UHGV virus genome: UHGV-0266262
Source of the DNA: a virus
Direction: 5' to 3' (one strand)
DNA length: 27,435 nt
In this document: positions 9,717 to 22,544 of the stretch, piece by piece
Position numbering within the stretch: the first letter of the stretch is position 1
Layout of the letters: every line of letters begins with the position of its first letter
Program-made: the position numbers and the translations under genes
The notes under the pieces: generated by a model
Seen by the model: the letters and a program-made list of their open reading frames with translations, nothing else
Database searches by the model: none
Told to the model about the DNA's origin: nothing

Positions 9717-11134
9717 TACTCGATCCTTATCTGGCAGCCAGACAGAGTGACAGGTGACTTCGTGATAACGCGCAATTTGAAGCCGACATTTTTCCTGATG
9801 CGCCCGACTCGCTTCCACAAAACGCTTTTGTCGTAAACGAACGGTTCATTCTGCTCAATCATCTGCTCTCGCCCGTAATTGATGCCGTCAGTGGTTGCAG
9901 AGAGGAACAGGCGGTCGGCGTACTGAGCTACGCCAGTGGATGATTCCACCTCCAGATCGAAGCATCTGGCGTTATCCGCTTTGAACAACGGAGTAAACAG
10001 AAGGTGTTCCTGTTGCTTGTCGTACTGGCTGCTGATATCGAATTGCAATTTCCCGGTCACCGATTCCAGCTTATCGCCGCACGTTATCTGATTGCCTTCG
10101 TAAATGAAGTCGATAGCGCGGTACACATCGTCATACAGGCCTGTTTTCAGTACACACCATTGTGGGCCATTGGCGCTTGAAGATGCGTCGTACACGAGGA
10201 CGTGACGCGGAAGATGGATAATCAGCAACTCATGCGCATCAAACCGCAACGATTCCATCACGCCATCAGCCAGTTCATCAGCAGTGTAGGAGCGGAGAAT
10301 TTTCTCAATGCTCGCGCTGGCGATTGGTGACACCTGCCCGGAGCCGATGATATACACAGACGGCGCACCTGTTGCCGGATTGCTGATGAACGCATAAGAA
10401 TCAGCGAATGGTGTTTTGCAGTAAGTCCCGGCTATTCCTTTTTGCACCATCAGCGATGTCTGTGCGACATACAAAGCGGCACCAACAGTGGTTGCGCCAG
10501 TCAGGGAGAAATATTCAATCGTCGATGAACCAAAGCAGACGATGAAGTCTCGCCATGTTCCGATGCCGATAATACCGTCAGGCTGAGACTCGGCACGATA
10601 TTGTGCGCTGTATCGGTCAGGATGTGATTCGTCTTCAAGGTCAGTGATAAACCATGAATCAGTACCGTCTTTTGACCACGCATAACGCCCACGTAAGCGT
10701 GTAATGTCACGAACCGAACCTAACTCATACTGCGTGAATCCGCTGTCTGTAGGCCAGTTTGAGACGGTTTTAACCGTGCCATCATAGCGATACTCGACCA
10801 GTTGACCGTTAACACCTACCGCCTGAGATGTTCGACCATGCGCCATTGATACGCGACCACTTCCGGCGACGTCACCTACTTCGCTTTCGCCTTTGTAGAG
10901 CTTGCCACCACACACGCGATAAACAGCATTCTGCGCCATGTTGTACTCGACGCCGCGAGATACACCGTTCACATCAGAGCGTTTGGCAATGCCAGGGAAT
11001 GAGCGAAGATATCCGCTGCTGTTCAGGATTTCTTTGGGTGTAGCCAACATATTCACTGGCAGATAGTCGATATAGTCGGCGTTTCTAAAGTCTTTGCCGA
11101 CGCCTTTCATGAGCGGAAGTTGCTGAATCGGCAT
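9716..11134 (-). CDS. Tail hub / head-completion protein (P22 gp10-like)
   Basis: 472 aa (P22 gp10 472 aa); position between gp4-like and gp26-like genes. Confidence 0.8.
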   Translation of the reverse strand: MPIQQLPLMKGVGKDFRNADYIDYLPVNMLATPKEILNSSGYLRSFPGIAKRSDVNGVSRGVEYNMAQNAVYRVCGGKLYKGESEVGDVAGSGRVSMAHGRTSQAVGVNGQLVEYRYDGTVKTVSNWPTDSGFTQYELGSVRDITRLRGRYAWSKDGTDSWFITDLEDESHPDRYSAQYRAESQPDGIIGIGTWRDFIVCFGSSTIEYFSLTGATTVGAALYVAQTSLMVQKGIAGTYCKTPFADSYAFISNPATGAPSVYIIGSGQVSPIASASIEKILRSYTADELADGVMESLRFDAHELLIIHLPRHVLVYDASSSANGPQWCVLKTGLYDDVYRAIDFIYEGNQITCGDKLESVTGKLQFDISSQYDKQQEHLLFTPLFKADNARCFDLEVESSTGVAQYADRLFLSATTDGINYGREQMIEQNEPFVYDKSVLWKRVGRIRKNVGFKLRVITKSPVTLSGCQIRIE

Positions 11135-11143
11135 TTATTCACC

Positions 11144-11605
11144 TCACGTACTCGGATCATCTTTCTCGATGTAAAACCGATTCCACGTAAACGCGCTTTT
11201 GTTACCACTACCGCGAGGCATGTCATTTCGCCGCTCAAGTGGTGGTATTTTGGTTAAAGCGATACAGATTGTTTGATATGCACTGTCAGCAGCGGTAAGG
11301 AGAGCGTCTGACGGCTGAATGACATTATCCATGCACACTTGCACAGCGAGTTTCAAAGCGACGCCATCATTTGCCCATGCAGGGATGCCTGAATCATCGT
11401 CAGGTAACGGCATGATGCCGTTTTCTGTATCAGCAAACTGATACCCAAGCTCGATACCTTTCGCCTGCCATGCTGCCATCATGTCTTCGAGGTCATTAAT
11501 TGCATCTTCAATTTCCTGAGGGTCAGCATCTGTCAACGTGGCATTGGAATACAGCCCGGCTTTTCGTAAAGCCTTTAGAACGAGATCACCCTTCGTTTTC
11601 ACCAT
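11144..11605 (-). CDS. Head-to-tail adaptor (P22 gp4-like)
   Basis: 153 aa; N-terminus MVKTKGDLVLKALRKAG...ATLTD resembles P22 gp4 (MQIKTKGDLV... as recalled). Confidence 0.8.
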   Translation of the reverse strand: MVKTKGDLVLKALRKAGLYSNATLTDADPQEIEDAINDLEDMMAAWQAKGIELGYQFADTENGIMPLPDDDSGIPAWANDGVALKLAVQVCMDNVIQPSDALLTAADSAYQTICIALTKIPPLERRNDMPRGSGNKSAFTWNRFYIEKDDPST

Positions 11606-11774
11606 CTTCTTCCGCCTTAGCCACTTTTTGCTTCGTTGCGGTTTCTTCAGGAGTTTTTACCCAACCTTTTTTCAGGTGAGATTTAACTTCTTCGTCATCA
11701 ACAATGATGTAATCGACAGCAAACTGACCACAGGTGATCATGTTGCCAGGCTTATAGAGCATTGTTCGTGCCAT
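11586..11774 (-). CDS. Small hypothetical protein between coat and gp4-like genes (62 aa)
   Basis: ATG 11774 with GGGAGAAG Shine-Dalgarno; Sf6-type genomes carry a small gene at this position (recollection). Confidence 0.5.
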   Translation of the reverse strand: MARTMLYKPGNMITCGQFAVDYIIVDDEEVKSHLKKGWVKTPEETATKQKVAKAEEDGENEG

Positions 11775-11815
11775 TGTCTTCTCCCAATAAAAATGGGGCC
11801 GAAGCCCCACCAAAA

Positions 11816-13069
11816 TTACTGCCCGGCAATAACGATGCCCGTATATTCAGGAACAAGTACAGAGCAACCATACAGAGTGGTGAAACGAGCAGTGGTTACG
11901 CCTTTGATGTGGTCGAAGGCGTAAGACATGATCAGCGTAGCGCCCTGCTCGGTGGTTGCTGTCATTACCTGTGGACCCTGACCAGTCGGGAACGCCAGTT
12001 TGCCGTACATCAGCTCAACAGAACCATCAGCCCAGAACAGGTTAGCCGGTGCGGCATTTTTGTTGAGAATGGTAATTGCTGCACCATTTGCCGCGTTAGC
12101 ATCAACGTTTGCATATGGTCGGCTGGCGACATCCGCGTTGTCAGGCGGCAGAATTTTCGGGGAGATAGTTACTGTCGTTCCGCTTACTGCCAGAACGCGG
12201 AATACCTGCGGCTGCCCGGTGGTATCTTTGGTGATCTGGTGTACGGAATTCACCCCTGCGATGGTAAACGCATCGCCAACCTGCAAACCTTCAGCAGATA
12301 CCGTAATGGTCCCCTGTCGGTTATCCACTGGCATATCGTTAGCATCTTTCGCTTCAACCTTGTGCGCAGGTTCAGCCGCCAGCGTCAGGGAAGTTGCTGT
12401 ACCCTTCGGAACACGACCAGAAATATCGGTCTTGTAGCTATCGAAGGACGCAACCGGAGGGATCTGCGCTTTTTCGTATGCTGTCAGGGTTGCGCCCTGA
12501 GCATAGGCACGGTGACCAAGCTCGCCAGCAAGGTCTTTGTAGTTGAAGGGGTTCCAGAAAGAGCGACGGTTGATACCCTGAGGTACACCAATCGCCGTCA
12601 TGGTGGCATCAATACCTGCCGCACAGTTCCACAAATCACGGCCCTGTGAACCAGTGGTTGAGTCAGCCATTGTGATCACGTTAGTAGCACGCTGCGTGAC
12701 CATGGAAATCAGGTCAGAGTCAATCTGTGCAGCAAGGCGCATACCTGCGGCGCGACCAGCTTCAGTTTTATGCTCAGGGTCACGCATTTCACGCGCATCC
12801 AGAGTGTACAGAATGTTTTTCGGCTCCTTGAACACAGAAGGAACAAGGCGCTGAACCAGTGCTGTTGGCGTTTTGCTGCTGAGGTCGAGGCCTTCCTCAA
12901 TGTTCATGTGGTAATGCTGCGGACGATACAGAACATCACCTGCTCGCTGCATTGCTGTATCACCGGGACGGAATTTTTTAGCGTTACGGGAAACTACGCA
13001 GGCGGCCTCAAAGCCTTCAACGTAGTTTTCGAACATGATTTCAAGGTCTTTTGCTAATTGGTTAGCCAT
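11816..13069 (-). CDS. Major capsid (coat) protein, P22 gp5-like
   Basis: 417 aa; position after the scaffold gene; size and composition fit P22/Sf6 coat proteins. Confidence 0.85.
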   Translation of the reverse strand: MANQLAKDLEIMFENYVEGFEAACVVSRNAKKFRPGDTAMQRAGDVLYRPQHYHMNIEEGLDLSSKTPTALVQRLVPSVFKEPKNILYTLDAREMRDPEHKTEAGRAAGMRLAAQIDSDLISMVTQRATNVITMADSTTGSQGRDLWNCAAGIDATMTAIGVPQGINRRSFWNPFNYKDLAGELGHRAYAQGATLTAYEKAQIPPVASFDSYKTDISGRVPKGTATSLTLAAEPAHKVEAKDANDMPVDNRQGTITVSAEGLQVGDAFTIAGVNSVHQITKDTTGQPQVFRVLAVSGTTVTISPKILPPDNADVASRPYANVDANAANGAAITILNKNAAPANLFWADGSVELMYGKLAFPTGQGPQVMTATTEQGATLIMSYAFDHIKGVTTARFTTLYGCSVLVPEYTGIVIAGQ

Positions 13070-13087
13070 GCTTAATGCTCCGATAGG

Positions 13088-13981
13088 TTATTTTTTTGCC
13101 TTTTTAGCGGCGAAATACGGCGTCCAGTCACCAGTTTCCAGCGCCTTGGCTTTCAGTTTGTCGAGGTTATTGATTACTGCGCCGTTGCTCCCCTTAACTG
13201 TCGGGGTTGTGGCTGCCGTGGTTTTTGCTTTTGGCATGATTCTGGCCTTCGATTCGATACGTTCCAGCAGACGACCAATTGCTACGGGGTTGGTAGCTTC
13301 TGCCAGTTGCTTGCGCAGTTCAGCGTTGCGACCGAGCGCCAGAACAACGATTTCCGGCTTCTCTGACTCAAACAGGATCGCGTTTTGTGTCTCGATGGGA
13401 ATTTCCTCGAGTACGGCCTGCTCAGCTTCCTGATAGCCAGGAACTTTGAGAGCCTTAACACGTTGCTGATATTTGGATAATCGCTCTTGATAGGCAGCCT
13501 GAAGCTCCTGCTCCTTCTGCTTGCGAGCCATCTCCTGTTGCTGGTACTTTCCGTTATCCTCTGCCCACTTAGCCATGCGTTGCTGATAGATTTCTTCATC
13601 GAAACCGATGTCCTCATCATCCAGTTTTGGCATTCGCGGTGGTTGAGTGATTACCGGCTGCTGCTCGACGGGTTTCTGAGACTGACGCATCAGCTCTTTC
13701 AGCTCGCGGTCTTTCTCTTTAATCGTCTTGCGCAGGTGTTTTACCAGCCCATGCTCTGCGCTATCTTCACTGGTTGGCGAATCCAGCTTTTCGTCACCAA
13801 AGTAGAATTCCTGTTCTGATTCGTCGTCATCAGTTTCAGTAGCTTCCTCTGCATCATTGCCGGAGGACTCACTGCCATCTTCTGTTTCGACTTCTTCAGC
13901 CAGTTCGACATCATCAGGAATCTGCTCTGATGTATCGGTTTCGATTTCAACTTCTGGTGTGTTTTCTGCCATCTGGTCCAT
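13088..13981 (-). CDS. Scaffolding protein (P22 gp8-like)
   Basis: 297 aa; acidic N-terminus, Gln/Glu/Lys-rich coiled-coil, basic C-terminus; located between portal and coat. Confidence 0.8.
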   Translation of the reverse strand: MDQMAENTPEVEIETDTSEQIPDDVELAEEVETEDGSESSGNDAEEATETDDDESEQEFYFGDEKLDSPTSEDSAEHGLVKHLRKTIKEKDRELKELMRQSQKPVEQQPVITQPPRMPKLDDEDIGFDEEIYQQRMAKWAEDNGKYQQQEMARKQKEQELQAAYQERLSKYQQRVKALKVPGYQEAEQAVLEEIPIETQNAILFESEKPEIVVLALGRNAELRKQLAEATNPVAIGRLLERIESKARIMPKAKTTAATTPTVKGSNGAVINNLDKLKAKALETGDWTPYFAAKKAKK

Positions 13982-14071
13982 TTGTTACCCCTGTTTACTC
14001 GATGTTCAGCCCATCGGAAGGCAATAGGGTGCCAGGCCTCATAAAGACAGCCATTGCACGTTATGGGTTAA

Positions 14072-16270
14072 TTACTGCTGTGGTTGTTGCTGAGTTGATT
14101 TTTGCAGGATGCTGCTGATGTCCATGCGCTGCGCATGGCCCTGTGCCTGACTTTTCAGGACAAGCTCTGCATCAGCACGGGCATTATCTCCTTGCTGTTG
14201 CTGGAACTGTCCGAGCAGTTTCAGCGCCTCACGGATATCAGATTTTTGCTGGCTATCGGCAGATGCGAGGATTTTCACAACATTTGCCGCAGCAACCTGA
14301 GCATCCGTCTGTGCCTGGAATGCTTTAACCTGAATGGCTGCTTGTTCGTTCTGCGCTTTCTGCAATTCAGCCTGACCAGCAAGAAGCTGACCTTGCGCAG
14401 CAACCATAGCCGGATCTGGCTGACTGGCCTGTTGTTGTTTCGCCTGCTCAACCATCTGCTGTTCTTCTGGTGTTCTCGGCTTGATAACTCCAGACAGAAG
14501 CAACTGATTGCGGTTGTATTCTTTAAGGTCGTCCATCCCTTCGCCGTCCATATTGTCGAGAATCATCGACGATACAAGGTCGTGCTTCGGCGTTCCTGGT
14601 GGGATAAGTGCCAGCATGGAAAGTAACGACTTAACCGTTGCATCACGGCGAGTAGCGAACGACTGACCGACATCGACAGTCACTTCATAGTTACCCTGCG
14701 AAAGGTCGTTAAGCGCGATAACCTGCCCTGTCTGACGGTCAACCACTTCACCAGTCATCAGCGCCACGTCATCGCTGCCGTCCTCATTCACGATACGCAT
14801 CGGCGTATCACTGCCATAGACCTCACGCGCCATAGAAAGCCACACAACGCCAGCGCGACGCATGGATTTAGCCATGTTGTCCATGTAGATATAGGACTGC
14901 GTGTCCATCCGGTTAAAGATGCTATCAACGGTATCGGTGGCGACGTTGCTCGGCATGTTCTCAAGCTGCGAAGCCCCGGTAATTTGCTGAATAGCCGTTC
15001 CGGTGTACTGCAATAACCCGGCAAGAGCAGGAGGCATTTGTGTCGGAGGTGTATAACTGCTGACCTGAGCCTGCGCAGTAATATCTCCGTTTTTGTTTTT
15101 CAGACTTACCATCGGCAGGAACGCCGGGCGCTTTTTGTTGCGCTCCGCCCAATGATTGGCGAGAGGACCAGGAATCATGTCAACATCAACTACAGGAATG
15201 CCATCACCGCCAGCCTGAGTCGCGTTATCTGCAATCATGGAAACCATCAGGTTCTCAAGACGCTGTGCATCCATCGCTTTTGCTGCGTGTCCTTCGATTC
15301 GCTCCTGATTATCAACAAATGAGCGACGCCCATATACCGGGATGAGTGGAATATGTTCGCCCGGAATACGCTTCGGTTCTTCCAGCCATTCAGCGCCAGA
15401 CAGAAGGCCGCAATAAACGCGGCGTTTCTTCACCGTTCGCTCACCAATCAGTTCGAATGCGCCATCGGTTAGCTCGTCGACAATATCTTTGATTTGATCT
15501 TCATCATAGATTGCCGTTTCTCCGCTAACAGGGTTGCGCCACGCCGTGAGCTTCACCTTCTCTATGCGGACTTCGTAGTAACGTCCAACATAGATGGCAT
15601 CTGGCGTTGACCAGTCATATTGAGTGCCAGTGTCATCACGAGAAAGGCTTGCCGCGATGGAATCAGGGTATTCAGCCTCGAACGCTTTAGGCGTCATGGA
15701 GAACATTTCCATAGCCCACATAGCATCAGAGCGGTCATATTGCTTGCTGTCCTGATCAAAGAAGACGCATGTCGCTGGGTCGTAAACAGGAAGAAGGCTG
15801 ATGCGGCGCTGCTCGTTACTCGGATCCATTTCATCTTCGTAATCGGCACACATGCGGAAACAACCGAATCCACCCGTTACGGCATCATCAAATGCGTTAT
15901 CACACGCTTCGCCACCGGATGTTTCCTGATAGTCAGCGCGGAATTTGCCGTTCATTTTTTCGGCTAAAGCTTCCGATGCCTTGTCATCCTTCGGCCTGAA
16001 TTTAACGCTGATGCGATTCTGTCGATACTCGCCAATGATGCGATCACATTCACGGGAAATCTTATTCAGTTCAAAACGCGGATAATGCTCAAACCTGCCT
16101 TCATCAAATGAGTAACCAGCGTTTGTGCTGCCTTCCCACTGTGCGCCGGACACCCGGACGAAACGTTGAGCCTCAATAATCTGCTCACGCATATCCTGCG
16201 TTGCTGACCAGGCATTATCAAAGTTGCACAGCACCTTGCGATGCCAGTCAGTCATCTTTTTTTCTGCCAT
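14072..16270 (-). CDS. Portal protein (P22 gp1-like)
   Basis: 732 aa; motifs KRRRVY, GEHIPLIPVYG, PEEQQ, DPAMVAAQGQLLAGQAELQKAQNEQ match P22 portal as recalled. Confidence 0.9.
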   Translation of the reverse strand: MAEKKMTDWHRKVLCNFDNAWSATQDMREQIIEAQRFVRVSGAQWEGSTNAGYSFDEGRFEHYPRFELNKISRECDRIIGEYRQNRISVKFRPKDDKASEALAEKMNGKFRADYQETSGGEACDNAFDDAVTGGFGCFRMCADYEDEMDPSNEQRRISLLPVYDPATCVFFDQDSKQYDRSDAMWAMEMFSMTPKAFEAEYPDSIAASLSRDDTGTQYDWSTPDAIYVGRYYEVRIEKVKLTAWRNPVSGETAIYDEDQIKDIVDELTDGAFELIGERTVKKRRVYCGLLSGAEWLEEPKRIPGEHIPLIPVYGRRSFVDNQERIEGHAAKAMDAQRLENLMVSMIADNATQAGGDGIPVVDVDMIPGPLANHWAERNKKRPAFLPMVSLKNKNGDITAQAQVSSYTPPTQMPPALAGLLQYTGTAIQQITGASQLENMPSNVATDTVDSIFNRMDTQSYIYMDNMAKSMRRAGVVWLSMAREVYGSDTPMRIVNEDGSDDVALMTGEVVDRQTGQVIALNDLSQGNYEVTVDVGQSFATRRDATVKSLLSMLALIPPGTPKHDLVSSMILDNMDGEGMDDLKEYNRNQLLLSGVIKPRTPEEQQMVEQAKQQQASQPDPAMVAAQGQLLAGQAELQKAQNEQAAIQVKAFQAQTDAQVAAANVVKILASADSQQKSDIREALKLLGQFQQQQGDNARADAELVLKSQAQGHAQRMDISSILQKSTQQQPQQ

Positions 16271-16271
16271 A

Positions 16272-17687
16272 TCAACCTACACCACAAGGAATTGAGTAAC
16301 TGGAATAGTCGGGTTGCGCAGCCGACTCCGGGCAATGCATACACATCATCAACGCATCAGCCAGGTTAGGAGATGGAATACCGAGCTTCTGCTTCATTTC
16401 GACCTTAGTCATTAGCTCCAGCTTCCCGTTGTTATTGAATTTGCGCTGAATCTGCGTCAATTCTGCAAACAGCTTCTCAAGCATCTTCTCGCCTATCGCT
16501 TCTTTGTCGAAGCTCAGCATGTCGTCGGGGTCTGCATACTCACCGTGAACAACCGCCCGATATGTCAGATACAGCCTGTCAGCCAGTGCGTAATAGAATT
16601 GCGCTCGCTTATTGCGGAAAACATCGCCAATAGTGCGAACGTTGTCTCCCTGCACGACTTCATCAGCCCATGCTCCGGCCTGATAAGGCGCATCTTCATC
16701 GAATGGCGATTCGCTGCCCTTGAACATCGTGGCGGTAATTTTCTTGCCGGAGAATGCTTCCGTTGTCTGTCTGCGTAGCCCTGCACCGACACCATCGCCA
16801 TCCCACAGGTAATGGTCAGCGCAGTCTTCAATCGCCAGCGAAGTAGCCCAGTCAGCACCCTCGTTGATGTCCATCAGCAGACCTTCGGCAATGCGCTTAA
16901 CTACCGAACCGTGGCGCGATGCATAACCTTTAGCATCCGGTCCTGTATCTGACGGGTCATGCGCAGAGACAACAGCGCCTTTCGCCTTCCATCCGAGTTT
17001 CTTGTGCGCATCGGTTGCGGCTTCAAGCCATTCACGTTTGATAATTGCCATATCACTTGCGCTCACTGGCTCACCAAGCCAGATGTGACGATACAGTGTC
17101 GGATTTCTGCGTTTGCACTCTTCCATCTCCAGACGGAGAACTTCAGGAAAGTGCGGGTTGTCGGTGTAGTTCACCGTCAGCAGGCAAATATCATCGGGAG
17201 GATTTACGACGAACCGCTGATAGGTATCGTCGAGTATGTTTTTCGGGTTGAAGCTTACCCATATTTCAGAGAACGGCTTACGGATGGTTGGTATCAGGAT
17301 ATCCCACGATTCCTTCGTTACCGCTTCCGCTTCTTCCACCCAGCAGATATCAATGCCTTCGAGCGATTTAATCTTCGTCGGGTTGTTTTTGATGCCGTAG
17401 AACATGAATTCAGCATTCGTTCCGAGATGACGAATCATGGAACGCTGAATTTCAAACTCGGCCGAATACCCTTCCCGCTCTATGGTGTCTTCAAGCAACC
17501 GGATTACCGAATCGCTGATACTGTTTTGCAGTTCACGAGCACAGAGGATGCGCACAGGCTGCCGACGCGCCGCTTCAACAAGCAGCCTCGCAATTGCCCA
17601 TGACTTACCGCTACCTCGACCGCCTTTGGCGACTTTGTAGCGATGCGCCTCAATGAACGGTTCAAAGATAGGATTAATCGAGGTCAT
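16272..17687 (-). CDS. Terminase large subunit (Sf6 gp2-like)
   Basis: 471 aa; Walker A KGGRGSGKS near the N-terminus; ATGA overlap with terS. Confidence 0.85.
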   Translation of the reverse strand: MTSINPIFEPFIEAHRYKVAKGGRGSGKSWAIARLLVEAARRQPVRILCARELQNSISDSVIRLLEDTIEREGYSAEFEIQRSMIRHLGTNAEFMFYGIKNNPTKIKSLEGIDICWVEEAEAVTKESWDILIPTIRKPFSEIWVSFNPKNILDDTYQRFVVNPPDDICLLTVNYTDNPHFPEVLRLEMEECKRRNPTLYRHIWLGEPVSASDMAIIKREWLEAATDAHKKLGWKAKGAVVSAHDPSDTGPDAKGYASRHGSVVKRIAEGLLMDINEGADWATSLAIEDCADHYLWDGDGVGAGLRRQTTEAFSGKKITATMFKGSESPFDEDAPYQAGAWADEVVQGDNVRTIGDVFRNKRAQFYYALADRLYLTYRAVVHGEYADPDDMLSFDKEAIGEKMLEKLFAELTQIQRKFNNNGKLELMTKVEMKQKLGIPSPNLADALMMCMHCPESAAQPDYSSYSIPCGVG

Positions 17688-18211
17688 TTTCCGAATAGAG
17701 TGCTCATCGGTGATGTTTCAATCTGGATTGCGCCGCCGTCTTTGCCGGTTAGCTCATGAGAAGCTTGTTCTTTAAATGCCTGAACGGAAACATGCTTACC
17801 AAGAAGTTCGAGGTTTTTGACCTTATCTGGCCATTTGATTTTCTTCAGAAGTGCGGCACTATCTGCGGATACCATCTCCACAACATCCATTCCTGATAGC
17901 GTTGTGCGCCATACCTTAGGCCAGTCTTTAATGGGCTTTAGCTCACCGTTTTGCAGGAGAATGTCAAGCACATCCATCTGGTCGATTTCAATAAGGCGAT
18001 TAAGTACATATTCTGCATTAATACCAACAAGATCATTGCGTTGCGCTTTCAGTTCGGCGATTCTTAACTTGATGTCAGGTTTTGACAGGTTTTCGGATGC
18101 GGTACGGTTAGCTGTCTTTGCGCTGTACCCCGCCCGAATAGCCGCTTGCGTGGCGTTTAAATCGATGAGGTACTCGCGACAGAACATCTCTTGTTTGTCG
18201 GTGAGTGCCAT
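17684..18211 (-). CDS. Terminase small subunit (Sf6 gp1-like)
   Basis: 175 aa; C-terminus ELTGKDGGAIQIETSPMSTLFGK matches the Sf6 small terminase C-terminus as recalled; N-terminal HTH-like region. Confidence 0.8.
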   Translation of the reverse strand: MALTDKQEMFCREYLIDLNATQAAIRAGYSAKTANRTASENLSKPDIKLRIAELKAQRNDLVGINAEYVLNRLIEIDQMDVLDILLQNGELKPIKDWPKVWRTTLSGMDVVEMVSADSAALLKKIKWPDKVKNLELLGKHVSVQAFKEQASHELTGKDGGAIQIETSPMSTLFGK

Positions 18212-18235
18212 GACAAAGTCTCAATTGGATTGAAA

Positions 18236-18508
18236 ATGAGTGATTTATTACTAATTAAAAACTGGTTAATTGACCATCATGCACTATCGATTTTCTTTGG
18301 GTTTTTATCGGCTGGGTTATGGATCAAATCAGCAACAGCCAAAGTCAAAACAGGTAGAAGCACCGTTGTAGCAATTACATTTGATGATCCCAAAAAAAAT
18401 GTAGATCTTCACGAATTTTTCTTAACTGCGCGGTTACAGTCTAAATATAACTCATATGCAGCTTTCGCTGCTGCTGCAACTGTGATTTTGCAAATGGCTG
18501 GCTATTAG
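18236..18508 (+). CDS. Small AT-rich membrane protein (accessory gene)
   Basis: About 90 aa from ATG 18236; one hydrophobic helix (ALSIFFGFLSAGLWI); weak RBS; opposite strand to the late operon; low GC. Confidence 0.4.
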   Translation: MSDLLLIKNWLIDHHALSIFFGFLSAGLWIKSATAKVKTGRSTVVAITFDDPKKNVDLHEFFLTARLQSKYNSYAAFAAAATVILQMAGY

Positions 18509-18596
18509 AAAACCTTAACCAAGATATTATTTACCTTTATCAATATCAGTTAACGGCTCAAAGTGTAATGGTTCCACATTCTCCTAATGGAGTTAT

Positions 18597-18722
18597 TTAC
18601 TCGCCCGTCTCGGTAGCCAGCTGCATAAAGCCATTAACCAGCTCAGGCTGACGTCGTGACGTCTTGCCCGTAAAGGTTTCGCCTGTTTGGGTGGTTAACG
18701 TGATTTGGTAGATGTCGGACAT
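18597..18722 (-). CDS. Small hydrophilic hypothetical protein (41 aa)
   Basis: ATG 18722 preceded by AAAGAGG; MSDIYQITLTTQTGETFTGKTSRRQPELVNGFMQLATETGE. Confidence 0.4.
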   Translation of the reverse strand: MSDIYQITLTTQTGETFTGKTSRRQPELVNGFMQLATETGE

Positions 18723-18859
18723 TGAGAGCCTCTTTATCCGCTTGTGGGGATATCCATTATCAAAGCCACTCTGTAAGGAATGGCTTTTGTGATGGCAATA
18801 AAAAAACATCCGTAGGAGGTTAGATTAAGTCTTCACCTTTTTCATATTCTTCGATGTGA

Positions 18860-21028
<2,169 letters not shown>

Positions 21029-21071
21029 ATCTACCTCCCGTATAATGAGAGCTCATCATTAATGAATTTTC

Positions 21072-21089
21072 TTGTCATGACAATGACAA
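21072..21089. promoter_or_regulatory. Operator-like palindrome TTGTCATGACAA plus adjacent TGACAA repeat upstream of the 20798..21028 gene
   Basis: Perfect 12-bp palindrome at 21072-21083 followed by a third TGACAA hexamer; 45-60 bp upstream of the gene start. Confidence 0.3.
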
Positions 21090-21279
21090 ATTATTTCAGG
21101 CTCCATTAGATAGAGCTTTGTAATGAACTGGCTCTTATCTCAACGCAGCCCCTTACCGCGCGCCAGATGCTCAACATCAAGCATCAGCAATGAGATGTTT
21201 AATCTGGATTCACTCCAGAAGTGATCACCACCCTGTCTACAGAGTCAGATGTGAAGGATGATGAGTAAAATTATCGCTA

Positions 21280-21717
21280 TCATCGAAGGCATTGTGTCCT
21301 GATGTATTCCTGCAGGTAGTTAACCTGCGCGGTTATCTTGTCGATTCCACTTCGGAGACGGTAATAATTGAGTTCAGCATCTGCTGTAAGTCCGGGGCTT
21401 TCTCCATCGCCCATGCTGCTGGCTCCGGTCGTTGACTTTGCACAGGTGGCGGCGACTTGCAGGCGCTTACGCCCAGCAGAAACATCAGCACGGAGACTTT
21501 CGATAGTCGCGTTAGCATCAGCAAGCTCCTTTGTATATCTGGCATCGAGTTCTGCTACATCACGTTGACGCTTCTGCATGTCAGCGATAATGGATGCGGC
21601 CTTATCGCGCTGCTCTTTGTAGGCGATGGCGTTATCACGGTAATGATTAACAGCCCATGACAGGCAGACGATGATGCAGATAACCAGATCGGAGATAATC
21701 GCAGTTACTCTGCTCAT
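21280..21717 (-). CDS. Rz: Spanin inner-membrane subunit Rz
   Basis: N-terminal TM helix then coiled-coil periplasmic domain; directly after the endolysin; Rz1 embedded in the +1 frame. Start set at ATG 21717 (alternative 21729). Confidence 0.8.
   Translation of the reverse strand: MSRVTAIISDLVICIIVCLSWAVNHYRDNAIAYKEQRDKAASIIADMQKRQRDVAELDARYTKELADANATIESLRADVSAGRKRLQVAATCAKSTTGASSMGDGESPGLTADAELNYYRLRSGIDKITAQVNYLQEYIRTQCLR
21333..21518 (-). CDS. Rz1: Spanin outer-membrane lipoprotein Rz1 (embedded in Rz)
   Basis: [20 protein letters not shown] lipobox then Pro-rich region ([16 protein letters not shown]); AAGGAG upstream of ATG 21518. Confidence 0.75.
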   Translation of the reverse strand: MLTRLSKVSVLMFLLGVSACKSPPPVQSQRPEPAAWAMEKAPDLQQMLNSIITVSEVESTR

Positions 21718-22211
21718 TGCTGCCCCCACAAACAGACTTCACGCTCAATCTCACGGCGAGTCATCAGCCCTTTCCATTGCTTACCGCCAGCATATGTCCA
21801 GCGACGTAGCTGATCACATGCGCCTTTGATATCGCCCTGGTTTATTTTGCGAAGAAGCGTCGATGTTCTGAAATTGCCAGCACCCACGTTGTAGACGAAC
21901 GAGTAAAGAGCGCCGCGCGTTGTTTCCGGTATATCGACTTTAATGTACGGGTTAATTTGTCTGGCGACCGTGGCAAGGTCTTTATTCAGGAGGGCTTTGC
22001 ATTCTGCTTCGGTATACGTTTTACCGAGCATGATGTCTTTTCCGGTGTGTCCGTGACATACGGTCCATACACCAACAATATCTTTGTATGGTATGTAGCT
22101 GACACCCTCCAGACCATCGTTACCACTTGGGCCAGTGATTAGCACTGATGCTATAGCAATAGCCCCGCCACCAATAGCAGCTGCAACAGCTTTTCGTAAT
22201 GATGGAGGCAT
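21714..22211 (-). CDS. R: SAR endolysin (lysozyme with N-terminal signal-anchor-release domain), phage 21 R-like
   Basis: 165 aa; Gly/Ala-rich weak TM at N-terminus ([20 protein letters not shown]), lysozyme-like body; ATGA overlap with the holin stop. Confidence 0.85.
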   Translation of the reverse strand: MPPSLRKAVAAAIGGGAIAIASVLITGPSGNDGLEGVSYIPYKDIVGVWTVCHGHTGKDIMLGKTYTEAECKALLNKDLATVARQINPYIKVDIPETTRGALYSFVYNVGAGNFRTSTLLRKINQGDIKGACDQLRRWTYAGGKQWKGLMTRREIEREVCLWGQQ

Positions 22212-22426
22212 TATTCACCTCTCGCAGCCTTTCTTCTGTCTTCTCTGATTTTGAAGTACAGATTTGTCAGATAGGTGAGAAAGCCCAACACAAGGCTTCC
22301 AAGCACTCCAATCGCAGCCCACTGTGATGGACTGACCTGATCCAACCACTGTAAAAACCAGTATCCCGCACTACCAGCGGATGTTCCGTAAGCAATGCCA
22401 GTTGAGATTTTGTCCATTGATTTCAT
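22211..22426 (-). CDS. S: Pinholin S21 (class II holin with dual start: MKSM.. antiholin / MDK.. holin)
   Basis: 71 aa [30 protein letters not shown]... matches phage 21 S21 as recalled; GGAGG 7 nt upstream. Confidence 0.9.
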   Translation of the reverse strand: MKSMDKISTGIAYGTSAGSAGYWFLQWLDQVSPSQWAAIGVLGSLVLGFLTYLTNLYFKIREDRRKAARGE

Positions 22427-22544
22427 AGCAACGCCTCCGCCAGTAACGGATTGCGTAGTTCTTATATTGGGAAGGGGAAAAAAGAAGGCCGCAGCATAAC
22501 TATCACTGATGAATTCAGAATAGCCAGTGGCTACGGCTCAGTAA

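Noticed and set aside
11762-12649. 295-aa plus-strand ORF (and others at 12000..12437, 12600..12854, 12770..13057) antisense to the coat gene
   Set aside because: They lie entirely within the well-supported minus-strand coat gene; Cys/Arg-rich, low-complexity translation with no RBS. Antisense artefacts of a GC-rich coding region.
14102-14626. 174-aa plus-strand ORF (plus 15038..15322 and 15620..15967) antisense to the portal gene
   Set aside because: Inside the strongly supported portal gene; no start context; typical shadow ORFs.
16959-17603. 214-aa plus-strand ORF antisense to the large terminase gene
   Set aside because: Embedded in the opposite strand of terL, which has a clear Walker A and conserved operon context; the composition is not protein-like.
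21122-21223. 33-codon plus-strand ORF (MNWLLSQRSPLPRARCSTSSISNEMFNLDSLQK) in the gap after Rz
   Set aside because: No convincing RBS, no recognisable features, and too short to support; could be tested by ribosome profiling but is not called.
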